Shown piece by piece: positions 1 to 12,912 of a stretch of 64,000 bases of DNA (positions within the stretch are counted from its first letter, which is position 1; each line of letters begins with the position of its first letter). Made by a program: the position numbers and the translations under genes. Source of the DNA: Takakia lepidozioides. Lineage: Eukaryota > Plantae > Bryophyta. The notes beneath the pieces are model-generated. The model was not told where the DNA came from. It ran no database searches and was given only the letters and a program-made list of their open reading frames with translations. The DNA lies in assembly GCA_030704615.1 (NCBI GenBank), contig CM060732.1, positions 26,970,001 to 27,034,000 on the forward strand. Direction: 5' to 3'.

Positions 1-545
1 GAGGTTGGGCATTCAAAGAACCGACCAAATATTTGACAGCCAGATATTTGACGGTTTTTCAAATATCTGCTAGTTATTCGGAACGGCAAGATTATTATTA
101 TTATTATTATTTTGGAGACAAGGGATTGGAGCCAGAATGATATTTCAGGAGGTGGAAAAGATAACCACCTAGAGAGGCATGGAGGCTTAGAGTGGGGATA
201 CCAACCCGTAGGCAAATTATATCTAGCCATAAAGCTTTTAACCGCAAGAAGTTGTTTTCTAATTTCCCAAATTTTCGAACAACCAGAACAGTCGGTGTAT
301 GAGAAAAGTCAAATATAATACCAAACACGGGTAGTTTCGACCAAGCTCGATTGCTTCACCGTCTATTTCTTCTTCCTTCCAAGGTGTTTGCAAAATGAAA
401 ACATTATGAAAGACTCAAATACCTTCAACATCATCTTCGCCAATACCCAAGCCAAAATTTAACAAAAAACCCCAAAAATATGCATGACATGTAAGAATAT
501 ATGACCCTTCCCGAAGGAAGCGTAAATTCTAGTGTCTTTTCACAC

Positions 546-1285
546 CCCAAGGGCTAATGCTTTTCGGGGGGTTGATATCCTGTGAGCAGCTCATGTGAGC
601 ACAACCCACGGTCATGGGAGTTATATGTTTTCAAAACGGAAAAAAACCATAAGCAAGTATAGAGGACTGGTGCATTTGTACAGTACATCTGCACCAATTC
701 AGCGAGGCGAAACCTTCAGTAGCGTAGCCAAAAACCCTAAATCTGTAGTGGCGGTAGTGAATTTCGCATTGAGAAATACTTGGTGATATGACAAACTAAG
801 CAGCGGTGAATTTCGCACTGAGAAATACTTGATGATACGTGCACAACCTAAGCAAGTGGTGGGTTTTGCATTGAGAAATCCCATCACCCAAAAATCCTAC
901 GTCCAAAAGGAATGGGTGGGGGCTTGAAAAGTGACCTATTCATCCTTTTAGCCACAATGTGATTGCTTCTTAGGCGGAATTCCGCAGTGCGAAATTATCC
1001 ATGGGTGTTTTTTTTTTGTAAGCAAGGGAAAGGACCTTAAAGTTGAGGTGAAGCCTCACGGCCCACTCTCCCGCCTCTTATGGAGAAAAAAGCCATGCCT
1101 ATAGGGTAACATGTTCATCAGGTATAGGGGCTACTTGTTCTTTATGTGTTAGTTTCGCATAATTGTTAATTTCGTCAATTTCATTTCGCTCTGGAAATTT
1201 CTCGAAAAAAATTCCAGAAATTTCGGGGAATATGCCCTTCGGCTGGCGTGAGCATGCTGACCCCCTACCCAACCTCCCTTTTGGC
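546..1285 (+). repeat. Dispersed non-coding repeat (probable non-autonomous TE), copy 1; inverted relative to the copy at 10659-11552
   Basis: Blocks such as CCCACGGTCATGGGAGTT, TATGTTTTCAAAACGGAAAAAA, AATTCAGCGAGGCGAAA and ATCAGGTATAGGGGCTACTTGTTCTTTATGTGTTAGTTT recur as reverse complements, in the same order, at 10659-11552. The adjacent 475-570 also matches ~51090-51185 in direct orientation. Confidence 0.85.
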
Positions 1286-1302
1286 AAGAAAGTGGACACG
1301 TC

Positions 1303-3025
1303 ACACCAGTGTTGGGCGGTTCCTGCATTTGTGAAGGAACCTTCGATTCCGGTTCCACAACTGTTTGAAGAGACGGTTCCGGTTATTTTGTATTAAGGCG
1401 GTTTCGGTCCGGTTCTAGTTCTGACTTTTTAACATGGGGGCAGTTCCAGTTACCGATTAGATTCATGTTTTGTGGGACCGCACGTGTGTGTGCCGGGGGC
1501 CATCTTTTTTCCAACTATCCCCAGGGGAGAGCGAAAAACACCCATTCCCGGGTAGGTTCCGGTTCCTTTTCTGAAAAAAAATATTTTAATTTATTTTATC
1601 CTTCTGGAAAATTAGATGAACTGGTCCGATTGGTCAAACTGAATATTCAGAAATTTCAACTAAAAGCAGGGAAGTTTTTGGTAAAACAGAAATAAATAAA
1701 CTTATATAATTTTTGTGATTGTCAAGCTAAGTACACATGGTCTCGTTAGAAACAGAAAACCAGAGATTTTATAAGTTTTCGTCTGGTGTAGCAAGGAACA
1801 ACTAAAATAAATGCATGGAATTCATGCAAGCCCTGCCGTATAGTAATTATGAATAGGTAATAAAAATCTGGAAGTTCACATAATTAGTCTATTAATAAAT
1901 ATCAAGGTAACAGGATTTGAGCCCTGAATCACCCAGGCAAGTAATAGCCGATGGACTTTCATTTATGGCATGCACAAGAAGTTGACCAGATATCATTCAT
2001 TAAAAGACAAAATATTCTCTTGACAACTGTCTCGATCCAATTGGAAGTCTAATCGAAAGTATCGGTGCTAAAGCAGCTAAAACCCTTTGCGTAGTCCTGC
2101 CTTCCTACCAACAAACTAACTACATAAGGGTCTTCATTACAAATACAAAGCAAACTAAATATGTGTAAGTCTATGATTACCTTTTATGGTGTAGCAAAAG
2201 CACAACTAAAAGAAACTAAATAAACTTGTATATACTGTACACTCCTTCCATGTCCGGCGCATTGCTGCCGAATATTTAATTATTTCAGAGAAAGTAGGTC
2301 CGGCACCTAAGATTAGATTTTTACAAATTTTGAACAAGTTGGTCACATACATGTAAATTACCTCTAGGGAGGTAATTAGGGTATATCCTCTAGAGGATAA
2401 CCCTAACGCAGAATTCTTTATTGCTTTGACATTGAGGTCAGCACTTTTCTAAATATTTCAGACAAGCAAAATTTGAATTAATAAACGTCGGACATTGAAG
2501 GAGTGTACGGTATTGGATGATTCTTTGCTAGGATAGTGCAACAAACTACCTACTTCACTAAAATTAAATTAAGCCCATTATTTTTATTTTTATTCATCCA
2601 AATAAATGTTTATCCTATTCCCCAGAAAATAATAATAATAATAATAAGACATGAACAAACTAAATAAAGTTGTATAACAGTGTGATTATCTCTGGTGTAG
2701 CAAAAACACATTTAAAAGAAACTAAATAAAATTATATAATTTGGTTGGCTATTTACTATAGTACAACCAAACCAAACTAGTTACACATAGACGGAATCAT
2801 ACATGGAGTGGAAAAGAGAACACGAGACAAGTGTGCAAGAGAAAGTAGTGGAACCAGAACCCACTTCAGACCCCTGTCCCCTGTTCTCACACCTGTGATC
2901 GCAGCAGGATCCGCCGGTTCCGGTTCTACGTCACTTCCTAGTTTTGGGTTCCGGTTTTGCAGGGGTAGAACCGGTACCACATAACGGAACCCACGTTTAC
3001 CCCCGTAACCGCCCAACACTGGTGT
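1303..3025. mobile_element. Non-autonomous TIR DNA transposon (hAT-like termini)
   Basis: Perfect 19-bp inverted repeat ACACCAGTGTTGGGCGGTT (1303-1321) / AACCGCCCAACACTGGTGT (3007-3025); clusters of GGTTCC/GGAACC subterminal motifs at both ends; AT-rich non-coding interior. No 8-bp TSD recognisable, so the superfamily is tentative. Confidence 0.7.
2240..2505. mobile_element. MITE, Tc1/mariner (Stowaway-like), nested in the 1303-3025 element
   Basis: TIRs CACTCCTTCCATGTCCGGCG / CGTCGGACATTGAAGGAGTG (2 mismatches in 20), flanked by TA at 2238-2239 and 2506-2507; 266 bp; no ORF. Confidence 0.75.
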
Positions 3026-3123
3026 CAACTTGCCATCCCCCCTCATATAGTCTATCGCCTTCCATAGGTGCCACGATGTGATGGGATGGCATGGCAAGGC
3101 ATGGCATGGATGTTCTGTGAACC

Positions 3124-3404
3124 TAGCGTGAGCCATGTTGGTGAAACTTTGGTCCTTAGTAAGAAAATCTGGCAATTCTAGTCAAGCGTCAGGTAGGACC
3201 AAAAAACATAATATAAAACTAACTAATAGTAATAGCAAAATCATGGTAATAACTATGATTTTTTTAATTACCAGGATTTTGCTATTACTATTGGTTAGTT
3301 TTATATAAACAAAAGAATAATAAATTAATTGGGTTATAAACATTGGGTCCTATAAACTAAAACATTGGCTAAAAGGACCAAGGTTTCACCACATGGTCAC
3401 CCTA
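3124..3404. mobile_element. Fold-back MITE-like element
   Basis: Imperfect TIR TAGCGTGAGCCATGTTGGTGAAACTTTGGTCCTT / AAGGACCAAGGTTTCACCACATGGTCACCCTA, plus an internal ~40-bp-arm hairpin at 3211-3306. No TSD found. Confidence 0.6.
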
Positions 3405-3776
3405 ACTTGGGTTAATTATTGGAATAGTAAAAACTTGCGAGTTCATAGTAACATACTCATTTCTACCTTGTACTGGAAATCTGTGTATGAAAAGTTCCCA
3501 AAACCAGGCAAGGTAGTCTTTCTAGTAGGTAGCAGAGTGGTTGGAAGTATGTGCCTCAAAACCATGGTGATCTAGGGTTCAAACTATACACCCTCCAGTG
3601 GAGGAGGCACCAGTCCCTTGGGATGAAGAGATACTTCAACTTAGGCTTCAACTAGAATGATCGCTGTGTGCAGATCGTGATCGTTAGATCACGAATAATT
3701 TTGGCGGTCAGGATGTGCGCAGAGTGGCTTGCGGGCGAGTTTAAAGGCGAGGGAGGCAGGCTTGTCACTGTAGAAG

Positions 3777-3982
3777 TCTCTCGCTCTGTCTCTCAGTCCG
3801 TCTCTCTCTCTCTCTCTTCTCGCGCTCTCACCGCGCTCACAAGTATATACCACAACTCCTCGGTCACACTGCAATTTTTCTGGGGAAGATCATTTTCTGA
3901 ATTGGACATTGAGAAACGGAGCTGTCTACAGTGGGAGCGTTTGCTACATGCGCATATCTCTCTCTCTCTCTCTCTCTCTCTC
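3777..3982 (+). repeat. (CT)n microsatellite tracts in the presumptive PAL 5' leader/proximal promoter
   Basis: CT-rich runs at ~3777-3830 and ~3956-3982, 0.5-0.7 kb upstream of the ATG; typical of plant 5' UTRs. Confidence 0.7.
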
Positions 3983-4440
3983 GGTTTGCGTGCCGTCGGA
4001 TTGACTGAAACTGAGTACATTACAGATGCTCTGCAGTTTCAACGGATCGGTCAGCAACCCCCCCACTTCTCTCCCTCTACCCAGCGTCAATCCGGGAAGT
4101 TTTTTCTGCAAACGCCTGCATTAATCAGTTGTGTTAGGTGAAGTGAACAGTATATTGTGTGTGAGTGTACAATATACCAGTTGTATATATCTGATCCATG
4201 ATATTTTCGCCCGAAAATTTTGGCTGCCTCAAAAGTGTGCATGTCTAAGGATATACGCCTCGTGTCCCCGTTCTCAGCTATCTGTGTTAACCAGTAGCTC
4301 AAGAAACTATAGCTCACTGTCCCGCGGTGGCTCTGATCTGTTTATTGTCAGCATTTCAGCTCCGCTCTCTTGTTCATCAGCATCTTTGCTGAGGTCCTGC
4401 AGTTTACAGTGCTGGGAAGTCGAAAGTCGAAGCATTCAAG

Positions 4441-7400
4441 ATGTTGATGAATAAGAGAGCAAAGGTGATAGTGGACGGAGACGTTGCTGCGTTCCACGGG
4501 CATGACTCCAATTGCGTGAAGCTCCTAAAGGGAATAGGCAACGGAGCGAATGGAGCTCATGATCCCGATTCCCTTTGCCTCGGAAAAGATGTGGTGTTTG
4601 ATCCTCTCAACTGGGTCAAGACGGCTGCAGCCTTGCAAGGCAGCCATCTGGACGAAGTGAAGAAGATGCTGGCAATTTTCCAGGATAGCACGAAGGTGAC
4701 GCTTGAAGGTGCAAACTTGACTGTGGCTCACGTGGCCGCCATCGCCCGCCGCCCTGAGGTGAAAGTGGTGCTAGATGCAGAGGTTGCGAAAGAGAGGGTG
4801 GATGAGAGCTCCGATTGGGTACTGCGGAATGCGATGAAGGGCACCGACACTTATGGTGTCACTACAGGTTTGTCGCTCGTGATCATTTCACAAGGCTCGC
4901 GCTTATGCGCAGTTCGGGTAACAAACTTGTGGAAGCTCCCTGAGATGATATTACAGAATCTATGCATTGACGGGTAGAAAGTGGTAGATCGTGTGTAGCT
5001 TTTCTCGAATGGGCTTAAGCCGGGATAGTGACTGGTCAGTGATCAATTTGACACTTAAGCTCGTCTGGTGAACTTGTGTCTGCAAGCGCAGCCCGAAATT
5101 GAGAGACTTTTGGCTTCAATTGGCAATTCTCAACCGTCCCATCGCTGCACAATTTTCATTGATTTCGAGGACGTGTGTACGAGAGGAAACGGAGAGGTCA
5201 TCGACGTTGTTCACTGCCTCTTGCCTCAGAGGTTTTCTCTCGTAAATTGTTGATTCGAATCGAGAAAGTTGACGTTGATACATATGCTAACATGTATGTT
5301 GCAGGATTTGGAGCTACTTCGCACCGCAGGACCAATGAGGGAGTAGAGCTCCAGAAGGAGCTGATTCGGTTCTTGAATGCAGGGGTTGTCGGAAAGGGTG
5401 ATGGCAATACCCTGCCATCTTCTACTACCCGGGCTGCCATTCTCGTGCGAGCGAACACGCTTATGCAAGGATTCTCTGGCATCAGATGGGAGATTCTGGA
5501 GGCCCTCCAAAAGCTTCTGAATGCTCAAATCACGCCTAAGCTCCCACTCCGGGGAACTATCACTGCCTCTGGAGATTTGGTTCCGCTTTCCTATATTGCC
5601 GGATGTTTGACTGCCCGACAGAACTCTAGGGCTTACACAGCGGATGGGACAGAAGTGAATGCAGAGGAAGCGTTGAGGCTGGCGGGGGTAGAGAAGCCCT
5701 TCCAGCTCCAACCCAAGGAGGGTTTAGCATTGGTGAATGGAACTGCCGTAGGGTCTGCAATGGCATCCACTGTTTGCTTTGATGCTAATGTTCTTGCCGT
5801 TCTGGCTGAGGTTTTATCTGCTGTGTTCTGTGAAGTAATGCAAGGGAAGCCCGAGTTTACGGATCCCCTCACGCACAAGCTGAAGCATCATCCTGGGCAA
5901 ATCGAGGCCGCAGCAATTATGGAGTGGGTGTTGGACGGAAGTTCCTACATGAAAGCTGCTGCCAAGCTTCATGAGACCGACCCCCTGAAGAAGCCCAAAC
6001 AAGATCGCTACGCGCTAAGAACTTCCCCGCAGTGGTTGGGGCCTCAGATAGAGGTGATAAGAGCGGCAACCCATGCTATCCAGAGGGAGATCAATTCTGT
6101 GAATGATAATCCGCTTATTGACGTCTCCAAGGATCGTGCATTGCATGGTGGAAACTTTCAGGGTACACCCATTGGTGTGTCTATGGACAACATGAGGTTG
6201 GCCATCGCTGCCATTGGGAAACTCATGTTTGCCCAATTCTCTGAACTGGTCAATGATTTCTACAACAACGGGCTACCATCTAACTTGAGCGGGGGTCCCA
6301 ATCCTAGCCTGGACTATGGGCTGAAAGGGGGAGAGATAGCCATGGCTTCCTACACCTCTGAGCTTCAGTACCTGGCAAACCCGGTGACAACCCACGTGCA
6401 AAGTGCTGAACAGCACAACCAGGATATCAACTCGCTTGGATTGGTATCTGCAAGAAAGACAGCAGAGTCCGTGGAGATCTTGAAGCTCATGTCCTCAACA
6501 TATTTGGTGGCCATCTGCCAGGCGATTGACTTGCGACACATAGAGGAGACCATGCAAGCAACCGTGAAGCAAGTGGTCTCTCAGGTGGCCAAGAAAATTC
6601 TGACCACCGGCAGCAATGGAGTTCTTCTGGCCTCTCGGTTTTGCGAGAAAGAGCTTTTGCAGGTTTGTTGCCTTGTCTCTTCTTTCCTCTCTGGGGACGA
6701 TTGTGGATGGCCACCTATTTCTAATAAATTGTTAACGTTCACGAGTCGTTAAATTCTACCAGGCTGCCAACATTGCTCCAAATGGAATGTGCATAGCTCA
6801 GAATGAGCTGGTGTCCAATGTACAAGCCAATACCCATTGCTCAGGCCGGACACTGCTCTCAAGGGAGGCAGCACGATGTTAGGTAGATGAATGATACGAA
6901 GGATTCTCAGTTTCTTATGTAATTCTCATGTATAAGATTTGGTTTGTTCGATCTTTTGATTCAACCATTTCCTCGGCTCGGTTAATGCAAGTAAATAGGG
7001 GTGCCCTGCCCTTACCGTAGTATGATGATCTACGTTATGATCTGATTCCATCCAGGATTTGTGGTTTGCAGATTGTTGATCAGCAGCCAGTTTTCACGTA
7101 CATTGACGATCCCTCAAGCATGGCATATCCATTGATGCAAAAGCTGCGTCAAGTGTTGGTGGAGCATGCCCTGAAGCACACTGCAGAGGGGAATTCCGAA
7201 ATTACGTCTATCTTCCACAAGATTCCCGTGTTTGAGGAGGAGTTGAAAATCAATCTTGAAAGGGAAGTCCCAGCTGCCCGTGAAAGTTATGACAAGGGTG
7301 ATTCGCCGGTATTCAACAGAATCAAGGACTGCCGTTCATATCCTCTCTATGAGTTTGTTCGTGCCGAGTTGGGAACCTCTCTGTTGACTGGGACAAAGAG

Positions 7401-7518
7401 CCAATCTCCAGGCCAAGACTTCGAAAAAGTGTACGATGCTATTTCAGTGGGCAAGATCGTGGCCCCGTTACTGCAGGTCCTTGATGGCTGGACTGGCACC
7501 CCAGGCCCCTTTCTGTAG
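4441..7518 (+). CDS. PAL: Phenylalanine ammonia-lyase; exons 4441-4867, 5305-6662, 7072-7518 (2232 nt, 743 aa)
   Basis: Spliced product gives [24 protein letters not shown] (Phe at the substrate-switch position), the MIO motif [49 protein letters not shown] and the C-terminus WTGTPGPFL*. Both introns are GT-AG and keep the frame. Confidence 0.97.
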
Positions 7519-10500
7519 TTACTTGGCAAGTTATTCGAGCATTCTGTTCAGAGCTGCTGCTCTGGAACACCGCTTGTGGACTATTCCCGTACATAAATAT
7601 ATGCACAGCTTCTTTTGAGATATTAAAGGGATATGAACTGCCAGTGCACCTCAGCAGAGAAGGATCCAGGTTTCTTTAGGCGGCGGTACTGGACGCTGGA
7701 CACAGCTTACAATGCTTGCACCAGTGCTGAAAGGGGAGGTCACATTTGAAGTCCACGGACTAAGCAGTTTTTGGCCAGGAGACTTGGAAATTTGACACTT
7801 CGGCTAATCAGTTGTCCCTGAATCCCAGTCCCAGATACTGGTAGTATGTGATCGGGTATATAGGAAGGCATACTCCTCTGGGAAATAAAAAAATTTAAGT
7901 AGCTCTACAGACTTGCACGTGCATTCATGATGAAACACCAGGCATCAGTAGTATATCACCTCGCGTTATGTACAATGGCTTAACCTTGGGATGAACCTCA
8001 ATTTGGGCTCATTCATATCTATATATTTCCTTTCCGAGGCTTAAGTAGCCATGCCCCAGATTCTCTCTCGATTCTCTTCAGCACTTGCAAAGATTATTTT
8101 CATGTGTGCCTTCGAGATGATTTCATCTCGGCTGTAGAAGGAGTATTGTCTTCCTGGTACAAAAAATGCTTTCTCTTGCTCATCAGCAGCATCAAGTTGC
8201 GGTGACCAGTACATCTCGGCTCTCATAGCTAGAATCGTCATTCACGAATTCGAGCGAACTTCATGTGGAGCATGTACGATTAGATTTGCATGAAATATGG
8301 GTACATAATACCCATATTTCATGGTATAACAGCTGGGTCACAATGGGACTAATTCATCGTCTTTTCGATGTATCTTAGCGCCCTTCTGTATATTTCCGAG
8401 ATTGTGTATCCAGCTTCAGGCCAGTCTCATCCCTCTTGCTTCCTCTGCTTCACTGACTATGTGCAGCCAGCACACCTCTTGTCTATTGATAAAATTGATC
8501 GGCTTTTGTTTGATCCTCCACTTTCTTCTATAACCTCCTTCAATCTTGAGTAGTAAGCAGTGGTGCCTGTACAGAGCTCTCATTGCCCCTCTCGCCGTGT
8601 ACACCATCTTTTGTTGCTCCGTCTAGGTTCCTCCATGAAAGCAGGCAGAAACCACACATCACCTTTTTGAGCACCAAACGTTTCTAGGTAGTGGAGCATA
8701 GAATTAACGACTGGGCTGGCGCACGTGATGTGGGCGGATATAGACATAGACCCCAGGCGGCCTATTTTTTGGGCATGCACGCTGCTGTCGAAAATAGGTC
8801 TACATGCAAACAGTGAAAGCCTCAAGTCTTGAAAGAGCTTTCCGTGTGAAGTACTCTGCTTTAGCCTTCCTTCCGTATTTTCGACTCTTTCTGTTCACTC
8901 ACAGACGGTGTACAGGTTTGTTACATTCTGTCGGCGCTCTCACCTATGAATTGGGCATCTATAGTTAGCGTAAGATGATCGAAGTTGCCGATGTCCACAT
9001 CGGGTGGTGTGCAAACTTTGTCCAGACTGAAATTCCTGTGCATGCAATGACCTCAGACCATAAGTCCCGGGGAAATCAACTCCCATTATACTAAAGACAG
9101 ATTTTGACTTCTCCACTTGCGCGATCCACTTCTAGATGTAAGTTGAATCGGATCTCTCGCTTTCGGTGCTGTTTCGTGGCATTGCAATAATTGTTTGGAA
9201 TCTGTTGTTGTGCGGGCAAGGCAGCTGTGACTGGGGCCCTCGATCAACACGGAGACGCGATTGAGAGTCAAGCTCTTGCTTCACTGGCTGCCAGCTCCTT
9301 TCCAAAATTTCTTTGTATGAAGAGTGGGACCGTTTGCTTCAGGCCGGCAATGCGATGCAGATGACAGCTGATGCATCCTTCCAGATTCTCTCCACCCACA
9401 GTGATCTCATGGCTACTATGTATACATGTAAAATCTCAAGTTCTTCCTCTACAATCCGTTGTCGCACCAGGTGGGGCAAGGACTCAGTTGTGGAATAGAA
9501 AATTCTCCTGTGCAGAATTCTGTTTTTGTCTGCAGGCAGTACTTGAGCTCCAAAAATGAAGTCTCTAGAGCACTTCACATACATAAGAAGCTTCCGTAAG
9601 GTGTTGTACAACTGTTCGTCATACTCTCTACTTACTTGAACAAGTCCAAGTGTAGATTAGTCGAACTACAAAATCACAGTGCAGTCGGTGCATCAGTAGG
9701 TACGTATATTTTCCACGGTACTCTGTTTCCCAATGGAGGACGACGTCGGTACGGAGGAGCTGGGGATCACAGGTGAACCCGAACTGTCATATAACGCCTC
9801 CAGTCACCTTGCAGGGTGCGACCTTCACCAGATCTCCTGCTCGGTGGGGCACAGTCTACCAAGTAAGCTTAGAGAAAACGGGTGGCTTCATGCTAGAGCC
9901 ACACATGGTGACCCCACAAGGTGCCACCATCGCTGCTTTCTGTCTTTTGTTGCCCCCCAAAACGCGCTGCAGCTTGTTCTCCGCCAAACCTTGGAATCCA
10001 AAATGTAAACAAGCGTGTGGGCACTTGGATTCTGTCCTTCACTCGTCCATCATCTTCCTCCTGCAGCCTGGCTGTGGGCGGTCATCTGGGCCCTGTAAGC
10101 TGCACAGAGCTTCGGATTACTGGTAAAACAAAGTCGCTTTTGGATCGTTGAAAGGGTCCACTCGGTCTTTCCGAAAGCTCAGATCGTTGACACTTGACCA
10201 TCGCTCTTGACTCTCTTGCTGTGTCTCCGCGTTGGGTCTCTCAATCGGCCCACTCGAAATGAGCCAAAAGCAAAAGCAGAGCACACGGGGCGGCCATGAA
10301 CTCGATTGCGTGGGGGGAATTGAGCACCACCCCGCGCCCGTAGGCCCTGCTACAGGAATGTATAGGGAAAGCAGAAAGAGGAGCCACGCCATATTTCTGG
10401 GTCCCTCCGGTAGCAAGAACAGAGAATGTTGAGAGATGCAACATTTTTTAGAGTAATTTTATAAGGGCCTTACTACCCAGGCCCTTCATTGCTTTCAACC

Positions 10501-10658
10501 ATGGAATTCAAATGCCTGCCCCCATAGCGATTAGGGTAGAAAGGCCTATGACTGTTCATCTAATGATGGTGAGGACTGTGAATTTTAACTTGTAGAATTT
10601 AAAAGATGCCCCACATTTGAGCATCCTCGAAGTAAATGCAAGTAACAGCATGCGAAGA

Positions 10659-11552
10659 GGCAAAAATGAGATTGGGTGGCGCGTCAGCATGCTCGGGTGA
10701 GCACAAGGGCATATTCCCCGAATTTCTGCGAAATTTCCACAGCGAAACAAACTTGGCGAAACTAAACATTATGCAAAACTAACACATAAAGAACAAGTAG
10801 CCCCTATACCTGATAAACATATTACCCTATAAGCGTGGCTTTTCTCCATAACAGGTGCGAGAATGTGCGGTGAGACTTCACCTCAAATTGCAGGTCCTCG
10901 CCCATAGCTAATTTCTCACAGGGAAACTCTGTACCAAACAGCCTGAGAAGAAATCACTGAAGGATAATTTCGCACGGCAAAACTTTGTACCAACCAGCTT
11001 GAATTGGATATGGGATTGTTGGGTGATGGGATCTCGTATAGAAAGTTTCAACTCTAGCTATACCAGTAAGGGTTTCTCAATGCAAAACCCACTGTTGCAT
11101 AGGTTTGTGCCCATATCACCAAGTCTTTCTCAAATACCTATAAGGGTTTCTCAATGCAAAACCCACCGCCGCATAGGTTTGTGGCCACATCACCAAGTCT
11201 TTCTCAAATACGTGTAAGGGTTTCTCAATGCGAAACCCACTGCTGCATAGGTTTGTGGCCATATCACCAAGTCTTTCTCAGTGCAAAACTCGGTGTTGCC
11301 GCTATAAGTTAGGGTTTTTGGCTACACTGCTGAAGTTTTCGCCTCGCTGAATTGTTACAGATGTACCGTATATATGCATTGATCATCTACACCCGCTTAT
11401 GATTTTTTCCGTTTTGAAAACATATAACTCCTATGATCGAGGTTCAAAAAACATAAAACTCCCATGACCGTGGGTTATGCTCAAGCGTGCATGAGCATGT
11501 TCAAGCTGTGCTCCCGCGATACCAACCCCCGGCAAAAATGAGCAATCTTGGG
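10659..11552 (-). repeat. Dispersed repeat, copy 2 (inverted copy of 546-1285), with extra internal ~60-bp tandem units
   Basis: Reverse-complement similarity to 546-1285 along its length. The unit GGGTTTCTCAATGCAAAACCCAC...ATCACCAAGTCTTTCTCA occurs three times at ~11070-11280. Confidence 0.85.
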
Positions 11553-12912
11553 GCTAGATGGCCACTCATACGCCCTGACGGAAGGGGTTATGGGCCACGA
11601 TGGGTAATAGGTACTATAACGGTCATCAGGGGAAATCACTTCAAATTTTTTCCAAACGATGTGCAAAAAAAATATAGGGTAACATATTTTCTTTGAAGAT
11701 AAAATTTACAATATTTTTAGAAATAAAATTGGGTATCCTTATTTGTGGATACCGGATTTAAATAAAAATAGGGTTATGTATATATGTTCATATTTTCTTA
11801 AGAATTAATATAGGGGTGCCACAATGGCGAGGGACATGTGTTGTTCATTCTATGATATATTTGTATTGAGACTTCATAAATGACTAGTTGGACTTAGATG
11901 ATAGGACTTGGACTCGGCTTCGATAAGAGGACTGGGTTTAGGGAAGATACGTTTTGGTTTAGGGTTGTTTTATTTTCTTCTCACTTTGTCTTCTTCTCCG
12001 ACTCAAGAGTTATGCTACGCTAGTTGCTGACCTCATTGTGTTGCTGGAAACTCAACTATTTATTCATTTGCTGTAAGATACCTCGAATTCTCACCTAAGG
12101 AATATTTTTTCACTACACTCGAAATATGCAACAGTTTTTCTCATTCGTTTTATAGAGCATTGAGCAATAAAATATTTGGCACTCTAAGAAAAATTTGTTT
12201 TATTTTATGTTACTGTAGAGTATAAAATATTTGATGATTACACTCAATTGTTTTTTTTTAAATAGCCTACTAGATAATTGTGCATATCACAAAATTAAAC
12301 AATTATAGGATGGATGTAAAAAGGAAAAAAATAAATAATACCCCCATAGAAATACCTCTTTATACGTGATTCCCTAAACTATATATGGAGTGACGTCCCC
12401 AGAACGGTCATGGGCCTCTTTACCCTAACGTGGCAAGCACACTTCCATTTCGGTTCTCAACATCCAGCGTAGCTACAGCGTGAGCCCAGCCCCGTGAGCC
12501 TGGGAGCTGAACTACTTGATATGTTGAGCCCACACAGCCAAAAATATTTCAAGATATCTAATGAAATTAGGTTCTCACGTTGTAGCTGCAAAGCGTGAGC
12601 GGCACAAATGTGCTGGAGAAGCAGGCCCTATAGGCGAGGATTGCAGGAAGAGGGCCTATTACCGTGGACAAAACAAAGGGGCCACCATGCACCATGTCTG
12701 CAATGTCTGCACAAAAAGAGGAATATGAACATATGGCAGATTTGAGCTCAGAATGATTGTCACACTTCAATTCACAGAAAGACGCCTACAATGAATGGCA
12801 TGTGCAATTGCCCTGGTTCCGTGAACGAAATGTATGTGTTTTGTCTTACATGCAAAGACTTCACACGATAAGCTAGAAACCAGCACGGGAAGTGGGCATG
12901 GCTCGTTTGTGT

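Noticed and set aside
8041-10444. Gene downstream of PAL
   Set aside because: Only short ORFs without recognisable motifs; no supportable model.
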